The notes under the pieces were generated by a model. That model saw only the letters and a list, made by a program, of their open reading frames with translations. It was not told the DNA's origin and searched no databases. Source: Dehalococcoidia bacterium (lineage in GTDB: Bacteria > Chloroflexota > Dehalococcoidia > SHYB01). From it: a stretch of DNA of 64,000 nt. This document shows positions 56,555 to 64,000 of the stretch, piece by piece; positions within the stretch are counted from its first letter, which is position 1; the number at the start of each line of letters is the position of its first letter. Location of the stretch: NCBI GenBank assembly GCA_965261455.1, contig OZ253453.1, forward strand, positions 1,366,374 to 1,430,373. Reading direction: 5' to 3'. Position numbers and translations under genes: made by a program.

Positions 56555-57055
56555 ATGAACTTCCAGATAGGCGGCAAGCGTTATGAGGTGGCCCGGGACG
56601 ACGTGATAAACGCCACGCGCGGGAGGACTCCCACGACGACCGACGGGCGTCACAAGTACTTCGTCCAGCTCCACGGTCGTCACTACCCCATCAAGCAGGT
56701 CGTCCAACTGGCCACCGGCTTGACGCCGCCCGAATTCACCTCGCAATACGCGCATGGGATTCTCACCGCGCTGGATTTCGACATCTCCGACCGTTCCTCA
56801 CCCGGTTCGGTGTCCGCCGATGACTCCAATGGAGAGCAATCGCTGAAGCTTCTCGTCGTATTCGAGACCGATGAGGACGGCTGGGAGGTTGCGAGCTGTC
56901 CGACACTCCCAGGGTGTCACAGCCAGGGCCGGACGAGAAGCGAAGCGCTGGCGAACATCCAAGAGGCCATCAGGGGCTACCTGGCGAGTATGCGCGAGCA
57001 CGGCGCCCCCCCGCCTTCCTCGTCCGAGTTCCAAGTCGTGGACGCGACCGCCTAG
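56555..57055 (+). CDS. hicB: HicB-family antitoxin with about 90-aa N-terminal extension
   Basis: C-terminal half LKLLVVFETDEDGWEVASCPTLPGCHSQGRTRSEALANIQEAIRGYL is HicB/UPF0150-like. The N-terminal half is unassigned. Confidence 0.7.
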   Translation: MNFQIGGKRYEVARDDVINATRGRTPTTTDGRHKYFVQLHGRHYPIKQVVQLATGLTPPEFTSQYAHGILTALDFDISDRSSPGSVSADDSNGEQSLKLLVVFETDEDGWEVASCPTLPGCHSQGRTRSEALANIQEAIRGYLASMREHGAPPPSSSEFQVVDATA

Positions 57056-57276
57056 TGGCCCGCTTGCCTCTGCTGTCGGGCGACGAGTTCGTCCGGGCCG
57101 TCGCCAAGATCGGATTCGCCCTCGACCGCACCGAGGGCTGCCACATGATCTTGCTAGGCCCGGCGGGACGAAGGCTCTCGGTCCCTCGTCACAAGGAGTT
57201 AGGCCGCGGCCTGTTGCGGGCGCTGATTCGCGACGCCGGCCTGACGAGGGAAGAGTTCCTGGACCTACTCCCCTGA
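57055..57276 (+). CDS. hicA: HicA-family mRNA-interferase toxin
   Basis: LSGDEFVRAVAKIGFALDRTEGCHMILLGPAGRRLSVPRHKELGRGLLRALIRDAGL. GTG overlaps the hicB stop by 1 nt. Confidence 0.75.
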   Translation: MARLPLLSGDEFVRAVAKIGFALDRTEGCHMILLGPAGRRLSVPRHKELGRGLLRALIRDAGLTREEFLDLLP

Positions 57277-57282
57277 ACCTTC

Positions 57283-57345
57283 GGGCACCTTCGCCATCGC
57301 CGCGCTCATCTCCGCCATCGGCCTCCTCTCCCTGCGCCCGCCGCG
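57283..57345 (+). repeat. direct duplicate of the MFS gene 3' end (matches about 56393-56450) flanking the hicBA cassette
   Basis: cttcgccatcgccgcgctcatctccgccatcggcctcctctccctgcgcccgcc vs cttcgccgtggcagccctcatctccgcgatcggcctcctctccctgcgcccgcc. Confidence 0.8.
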
Positions 57346-57390
57346 CCGCCGTTGACCCCACCCCGCGCGAGCCGGTAGGGTGACCACGTC

Positions 57391-58497
57391 ATGCGCGTCG
57401 AACGGCTCGCCGTCACCACCATCGATCTGCCCATCGACCTCGACTTGGGGTCGAAGTACGGCACGCTCTCCATCTTGCGCTACGTCGTCGTCGGTCTCAC
57501 CGGCTCGGGCGGCGAGCAGGGCGTGGGCTTCACCTTCGCCATGCGGCCGGACGGCGGGGACGCCATCGCCCGCACCCTCGCAGCGGTCGAGGACGCGGTC
57601 GTGGGGCTCGACCCCTCCAACACCGAGGCGAACTGGGCCGCGCTGCGCGCCGAGGTCGAGCGCGCCGTCGCGGCAGAAGGGGGCGGGCCGGAGGAACGCG
57701 AGGCGGGCGCTGCGGCCACGCTGTCGGCGCTCGACATCGCCCTGTGGGACCTTCTCGGCAAGGCCGAGGGCGCGCCGGTGCATCGCCTCCTCGGAGCGCG
57801 TCGGGAGTCGGTTCCCACCTACGCCAGCTACGACATGTGGGAGTCCGTCCCCGACCAAGAAGCGGCGCGCGCCGCCAAACGCTTCGTCGATGAAGGCTTC
57901 CAGGCCGTCAAGATCCGCACCGGCGGCTCGAAGGACCCCGACGCCGAGGCCCGCCGCGTCGCCATCGTGCGCGACGCCATCGGCCCCGACGTGCAGCTCA
58001 TGTACGACGCCTTGCAGTACTACACCGAGGACGAGGCGGTCGCCATCGCCCGGGCCCTGGAGCTCTACGACCTGACGTGGGTCGAAGACCTGCTGCCGGA
58101 GCGCAATGTCGAGGGCTATGCGCGGGTCCGCGAGGCCGTCGGCGTTCCCATCACCACCGGGGAGAGCACGCGCTTCCCCGAAGGCCTGCGGCGGCTCGTG
58201 GAGGCGGAGGCCGTCGATATCCTCATGATCGACGGCAAGGAAGCGGGCGGGATCACACCCTGGATGCGCGTGGCGCGGGAGTCGGGCGGTCTGCCCATCA
58301 TCAGCCACATCATGCCCGAGATCAGCGCCCCGGTCATCGCGGCGCTCCCCAACGGAATGATCCTCGAGTGGTTCCCCTGGAGCTTCGGCCTCTTCGAGAC
58401 GCCCCCGGCCGCCGAGCGCGGCCTCTACCGTCTCCCCGCCGAGCCCGGCTTCGGCCTGCGCTACCGCCCCGACCTCCTCGGCCGCCTGTTCGGCTAG
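57391..58497 (+). CDS. enolase-superfamily enzyme (mandelate racemase/muconate-lactonizing enzyme family)
   Basis: N-terminal capping domain plus KIRTGG...D..E..D metal-ligand layout. 368 aa. Confidence 0.8.
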   Translation: MRVERLAVTTIDLPIDLDLGSKYGTLSILRYVVVGLTGSGGEQGVGFTFAMRPDGGDAIARTLAAVEDAVVGLDPSNTEANWAALRAEVERAVAAEGGGPEEREAGAAATLSALDIALWDLLGKAEGAPVHRLLGARRESVPTYASYDMWESVPDQEAARAAKRFVDEGFQAVKIRTGGSKDPDAEARRVAIVRDAIGPDVQLMYDALQYYTEDEAVAIARALELYDLTWVEDLLPERNVEGYARVREAVGVPITTGESTRFPEGLRRLVEAEAVDILMIDGKEAGGITPWMRVARESGGLPIISHIMPEISAPVIAALPNGMILEWFPWSFGLFETPPAAERGLYRLPAEPGFGLRYRPDLLGRLFG

Positions 58498-58696
58498 CGC
58501 TGCCCCCTAATAGAGACCCTTGCATAACTTGATGCAGGGGCGGGGCTCTTACCCCCTTGTATCTTGGGGAGGAGAGCGGTAGACCGATACCCCCCTGGTC
58601 CAAGAAAGACCGTGGGAGAGCGATGGTCGCCGCTCCTACTCCAAGGAAGAGCCCGAACAGTTGCCAGGGCATGCAAAGCCCGAATCTGCAAGGTAG

Positions 58697-59686
<990 letters not shown>

Positions 59687-59689
59687 CTT

Positions 59690-59835
59690 TCAACACAGTT
59701 GCTCTCCCGCTGGGAGAGGGTTGGGGTGAGGGCGGGGGGCGGCGGGGCGCGCCAAGGTGGACGAAGCGCGCCGCTATCAAGGATGGACGCTTAGAGGGCG
59801 CCACAGGGCGGCGCCCCTCCCGTCCCTGAGAGTGT
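59690..59835. repeat. REP-like hairpin module copy (CTCTCCC-gct-GGGAGAG; GGGCGCC...GGCGCCC) abutting the IS110 3' end
   Basis: Related to M1/M2 modules elsewhere in the window. Confidence 0.6.
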
Positions 59836-59848
59836 CTTGCAAAAGCCC

Positions 59849-60880
59849 CTAGTAGCCCTTCTCCTTGTCCACGACGTGGCGCATGGGCTCGCCGTCGATG
59901 TAGCGGCGGAGGTTGGCGGCGAACTCCTTGGCCACCTGGTAGCCGTAGTCACTGACGGAGGCGGACGCGTGGGGCGTGATGATGACGTTGTCGAGGTCCC
60001 ACAGCGGGCTTTCTTTGTCCAGCGGCTCGTTCTCCACGACGTCGATGGCCGCGCCGGCGATCTCGCCGTTCTTGAGCGCCTCGGCCATCTCGGCTTCAAC
60101 AACCTGCACCCCGCGCGCGACGTTGATGAAGACGGCGGACGACTTCATGGCGCGGAACTCCTCCGCGCCGATGATGTCGATCGTCTCCGGTATCGAAGGG
60201 AGGGCGAGGACGACGTAGTCGGACTCCCCAAGCATCTCGTGGAGCCCGTCGGGGCCGTACAGCCGGTCGACGTAGGGCGGCGGCTCACCGGGCGAGCGCC
60301 GGTTGGCGAGCACACGCATGCCGACCCCCTTGCACAGCTTGGCCGCCTCGGTGCCGATGCGTCCCAGGCCGATCACGCCCACCGTCCGGCCAGCGACCAT
60401 GACGCTGCGGCTCCGCTTCCAAAGGTGACTCTGCTGGTTAATCACGTACCCTCGGATCCCCTTCGAGAAGACGATGATCATCCCCAGCGCGTACTCTGCG
60501 ATGGCGCGGGAGTTGAAGCCGCCCATGTTGGTCAGGATGATGGGGTTCTCCCAGACGCCGGAGCCGCGGTCTTCGAAGTACTGCTCGATGCCCGCGCCGA
60601 TGTTCTGCACCCAACGAAGGTTGGGCGAGCCTGCCACGGCGTTATGGGGAAGCACTAGGCTGACGATGACCTCCGCCTCGGCCATCGCTTCGAGCATCCC
60701 GTCGGGCAAGTCCTCGTTGGCCGGCGGACCGGCGAGGCCCGCGTGGCGCGCCTGCCTGCGCTCCACCGATTCGTAGTAGGGAACGCGCGTGATGACCGCC
60801 TCGGGGCAGACCTCGGAGATCACCTCCACGGCATCCTCTCCAAGCATTGGCGCGACGATCAGCACGTTGACGCGGCGCAT
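59849..60880 (-). CDS. D-isomer-specific 2-hydroxyacid dehydrogenase family (NAD-binding)
   Basis: VGVIGLGRIGTEAAKL GxGxxG and catalytic R/E/H layout. 343 aa. Confidence 0.8.
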   Translation of the reverse strand: MRRVNVLIVAPMLGEDAVEVISEVCPEAVITRVPYYESVERRQARHAGLAGPPANEDLPDGMLEAMAEAEVIVSLVLPHNAVAGSPNLRWVQNIGAGIEQYFEDRGSGVWENPIILTNMGGFNSRAIAEYALGMIIVFSKGIRGYVINQQSHLWKRSRSVMVAGRTVGVIGLGRIGTEAAKLCKGVGMRVLANRRSPGEPPPYVDRLYGPDGLHEMLGESDYVVLALPSIPETIDIIGAEEFRAMKSSAVFINVARGVQVVEAEMAEALKNGEIAGAAIDVVENEPLDKESPLWDLDNVIITPHASASVSDYGYQVAKEFAANLRRYIDGEPMRHVVDKEKGY

Positions 60881-60962
60881 GACGCCTCCTCGATTCGAGT
60901 ATCGGAGCTAGGGTAGCCAGGCACGGGGGCCGCGTCCACTCCCGCGCTTTCCCGCCCGTATA

Positions 60963-63900
60963 ATGGCGACGAGACGATCACTGGACGGAAGAAACAAGGA
61001 CTTGGGTTCAGGGACAGAACGACTAGAAACGGTCAACCGCGCGGTAGACCGGTGGAAAGAACAGTTGGTAGACGTCTCCGGACGCAACCGACTGCTGAAC
61101 TACCGCGACCTGCAGCGGGGGACGCTGGATCTAACGCCTCGCTGGAACGCGGGCGTCGATCCCCGCGTCCTAGACTCCCTGCTTGGCGGGGATACGGTCC
61201 GGCTGACCCGCCTTCTCCCGAACGAGGAGTCCCAGACCGACGCCCGCAAGCGGTTGACGGTGATCCAACGAAAGACCCAAGAGCACTTGGAAGAGAAGGG
61301 CATCGACACCCTGTTCGCCGCCGCGGGTCTGGCGTCGTGGGCGGTGGAAAGCGGGGCCACACCCAGGGCCCCGGTCTTGCTGTTGCCCCTCGCCGTGCAC
61401 CCCGAAGGCGCCGCGCGGCGGGATTTCACGATCGAGCTGTCCAGCGAGCCGCATCTCAATCCGGTGCTCGCGCATGTGCTCCGAACCCAACAAGGCATCG
61501 GTCCCGGAGTAGAGGAAGGCGGCCTTGACGACGACGTCAACGCGGCATTTTCCGAGATAACCCAGTTCGGCTTGGGTAAGCAGCGGGCGTCATCGGTTAC
61601 CGACGACATTCCCAAGTCCTATGCCGGAATAACTGACTTCTTGCGGGAATTAGAGGTTCAATGGTCGAAGGTCCAAGGCTTGAGCATCGAGCCCCGCTTG
61701 GTGGTGAGTAACTTCCGGTACGCCACCATGCCGATGGTGGCCGACCTCGAACGCAGCCGCGAAACCATTGCCGGCAACGACCTCCTCGCCGCTATCGCCG
61801 GCGTGGACGAAGCCCGCCGGGCCCTCGCCGACAGAATCCACGACCCCTCCCCCAATCGGCCCGATATCGACCCGCCCGAGTCGGAGTTCCTCGTGCTCGA
61901 CGCCGACTCAAGCCAGCACCGGGCGATCAATCGTGCCTTGGGCGGCGAGTCTGTGGTGATCTGGGGACCGCCGGGGACGGGAAAGTCGCAGACCATCGCG
62001 AACTTGATCGCCGCCCTCATCGCCCAAGGAAAACGCATTCTGTTTGTGGCCGAAAAGCGGGCCGCCATCGACATGGTGGTCGGACGCCTCCGGCGCGCGG
62101 GGCTGTCGGATCTCGTCCTCGACGTCCACGGAGGCGGCAAGTCGAAACGCGAGTTCGCCCAAAGCATGGCCGCCTCAATTCGCAGCATCGGATCGATTCC
62201 CGAGCCCGACCATGCCATCCTTCACCGCCAACTTTCGGAGCGCCGCAGCGAGCTCATTGCTCACAAGGACGCGCTTCACGAGCCTCTGTTCCCCTGGAAT
62301 GTAACCTTGTTCGACGTGCAGAATGGCTTAATCGGCGCCCCAGAAGCCGCCCAGACGAGTTTTCGGCTTCCGTCCGGCAAGGCACGAAAACTAGACAGGG
62401 AGAAGGCCGATCGGCTCAAAGAGCAAATAACGGAATGGGTCCGGCTAGAGGGTCCGTATGTGAGAACCCGCTATGCCGACTGGGCACGGCTCTCCGCAAC
62501 AACGCCAGAAGAAGCCCGCGACGCATTCGAGTTGGTCAGAGGCTTAGCCGACGATCTCCCTAACACGCAGCGGCGGCTGGCTGACGACGTTGGTGAGCTG
62601 GGTCTGGCTTGCCCCGGAACGGTAGCGGACTGGTCTGAGCTCGCGGAAGACCTATCGGTACTGTTCCCCAACATCAGGCGTCTGCTCGAATGCTTCAGCC
62701 CCGAGATTTACGACCGAAAACGCGCGGGCCAGTTGGTAGGACACCTGTCCGTCGACTTCTCCAAAGCACGCTGCTCGCTTTCCGCCACCGCCGACGAGGA
62801 AGTTCCCGCTCTAGGGCAATCGGTCAACTGGCCTGAGCTTGTTGACAAGTTGTCGGCATTGTTCCAAGACATTGAGCGCCTGCTCACGCGCTTCGGATTC
62901 GAGATTTACGACCGCGAACGCGCGGACCAGTTGGTAGGACACCCGTCCGCCGACTTCTCCAAGGTGCGCCGTTTGCTTCCCGTCGCCGACGAGGAAGGTT
63001 CTGTTCCAGGAGAATCGGTCAACTGGCCCAATCGAGCGGCCGAGCTATCGGCGTTGTTCGCGGACATTGCACGCTTGCTTGAACGTTTCGGAACCGACAT
63101 CTATGAACTCGACCACGCCGCCTTGTCGGCCGCGCTGGCGCCGTCCAAGAGTTGGCGGGGCCTGATTGCGGGCCTTCTCTCGAAGGACTACCGCGCCGCC
63201 AGAGACTCGGTGCGAGCCGTCCACCGGGCCCCGCAGAGCATCTCCGCCGCCGAAGCACTCAGCGCTGTCGAGGAAGCGGCGCGTCATCGTCTGGAATGGC
63301 GACGGCTGGGCGCGGCCCACGCCCTCAATGCTATTGAAGAAGCCACGCGACACCGTCTGGAATGGGAGCGGCTGGGCGCGGCCCACGCGCTTGACGCCGT
63401 CGAGGAGGCAGCACGCCACTGGCGCGAATGGGAACGCCTAGGCGCCAATGGCAACCCTCGAGTGTCACCGGACCTCGAAAACGTCCGGAAAGCCGTCGAT
63501 TCCCTGAGGGGGCGCCTCGCCAAGCTGCGGGACTTGCTGTCATGCAAAGACCTAACGCGCGAGCCTTACGGAGAGGTGGAGCAAAAGCTGCAACGCATGG
63601 CCTCCCAACAGAACGTGGCGGCGAACTTGCCGCGCATCCAGGCGCTGGAGCGCCAGTTCAAGAAGGCCGGTATCGACAAGATCGCCGCCGCCGTAGGAGG
63701 AGAAATCCTACCGGAGTACGCCGCCGAAGCCTTCGAATACGCCTGGCTGCGGACGATATGGGACGACAAGCTCTTCGATGATTCCAACTTGGCTAGCTTC
63801 ACGAGCGACGGGCACAATCGCCGAGAGGAGGCATTCGCCGGCCTCGACCGTCACCACTTGGAGATCACCCCTCAGCGGATCAAGCGGGCGGCCGCCGAAG

Positions 63901-64000
63901 CCGCAATTCAGGTGATGAACGAACACTCGATAGAAACCGATCTTGTGAGGAGGGAAGCGGCAAAGAAGAGCCGCCACCTTCCGGTTCGACGACTGTTCAC
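60963..64000 (+). CDS. large SF1 (Upf1/DNA2-like) helicase-family protein with DUF4011-like N-terminus; 5' partial, runs off window end (over 1012 aa). Absent from the supplied ORF track.
   Basis: Manual translation of frame 0 from ATG 60963 has no stop to 64000. N-terminus WKEQLVDVSGRNRLLNYRDLQRGTLDL (DUF4011-like). Walker A VVIWGPPGTGKSQTIANLIAAL. Internal 45-aa and 20-aa tandem repeats at about 62600-63450. Confidence 0.7.
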   Translation, partial: MATRRSLDGRNKDLGSGTERLETVNRAVDRWKEQLVDVSGRNRLLNYRDLQRGTLDLTPRWNAGVDPRVLDSLLGGDTVRLTRLLPNEESQTDARKRLTVIQRKTQEHLEEKGIDTLFAAAGLASWAVESGATPRAPVLLLPLAVHPEGAARRDFTIELSSEPHLNPVLAHVLRTQQGIGPGVEEGGLDDDVNAAFSEITQFGLGKQRASSVTDDIPKSYAGITDFLRELEVQWSKVQGLSIEPRLVVSNFRYATMPMVADLERSRETIAGNDLLAAIAGVDEARRALADRIHDPSPNRPDIDPPESEFLVLDADSSQHRAINRALGGESVVIWGPPGTGKSQTIANLIAALIAQGKRILFVAEKRAAIDMVVGRLRRAGLSDLVLDVHGGGKSKREFAQSMAASIRSIGSIPEPDHAILHRQLSERRSELIAHKDALHEPLFPWNVTLFDVQNGLIGAPEAAQTSFRLPSGKARKLDREKADRLKEQITEWVRLEGPYVRTRYADWARLSATTPEEARDAFELVRGLADDLPNTQRRLADDVGELGLACPGTVADWSELAEDLSVLFPNIRRLLECFSPEIYDRKRAGQLVGHLSVDFSKARCSLSATADEEVPALGQSVNWPELVDKLSALFQDIERLLTRFGFEIYDRERADQLVGHPSADFSKVRRLLPVADEEGSVPGESVNWPNRAAELSALFADIARLLERFGTDIYELDHAALSAALAPSKSWRGLIAGLLSKDYRAARDSVRAVHRAPQSISAAEALSAVEEAARHRLEWRRLGAAHALNAIEEATRHRLEWERLGAAHALDAVEEAARHWREWERLGANGNPRVSPDLENVRKAVDSLRGRLAKLRDLLSCKDLTREPYGEVEQKLQRMASQQNVAANLPRIQALERQFKKAGIDKIAAAVGGEILPEYAAEAFEYAWLRTIWDDKLFDDSNLASFTSDGHNRREEAFAGLDRHHLEITPQRIKRAAAEAAIQVMNEHSIETDLVRREAAKKSRHLPVRRLF

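Overview
This 64 kb window is a high-GC (about 65-70% by eye) bacterial chromosomal segment, gene-dense on both strands. The mix of family-III CoA-transferases, Amidohydro_2 (ACMSD/LigW-like) paralogs, F420-type LLM oxidoreductases, enolase-superfamily and SDR enzymes, plus lipoproteins with an L-V-A-A-C lipobox, is most consistent with a Chloroflexota- or Actinomycetota-like genome. That is inference only.

The first 25 kb carries two paralogous uptake and catabolic modules. Each contains DppB- and DppC-like ABC permeases, family-5 substrate-binding lipoproteins, a D-aminoacylase-family amidohydrolase and an Amidohydro_2 enzyme. Alongside sit a tandem-fused CoA-transferase, crotonases, a Rieske ferredoxin and an orphan xanthine-dehydrogenase-family Mo subunit. 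No ABC ATPase gene is present.

The region 25-42 kb holds more acyl-CoA metabolism genes, a vWA lipoprotein and four tandem roughly 495-aa Amidohydro_2 paralogs. Each of the four has its own conserved hairpin-repeat module and an extended -10 promoter (TGGTAGAAT).

The segment 42-64 kb looks accessory, with separate insertions:
- a lower-GC type II R-M pair (gamma N6-adenine MTase plus PD-(D/E)xK REase)
- a compact, visibly lower-GC single-gene island encoding a TIR-like/SLOG-domain protein with an unrecognised N-terminal domain
- a hicBA cassette flanked by a duplicated host-gene end
- an IS110-family insertion next to a REP-like repeat
- a giant DUF4011/SF1-helicase ORF that runs off the window end and is absent from the supplied ORF track

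Two genes carry a single in-frame TGA exactly at a redox-Cys position (a Bcp-type peroxiredoxin and a UGSC-motif protein). Each TGA is followed 11-13 nt downstream by a stem-loop, so both are candidate selenoproteins.

A family of modular, hairpin-rich intergenic repeats is scattered at nine or more loci. It includes a 75-bp tandem array of about 5 copies with no spacers.

I found no rRNA, tRNA or CRISPR. Most remaining track ORFs are antisense or overlapping high-GC artefacts.
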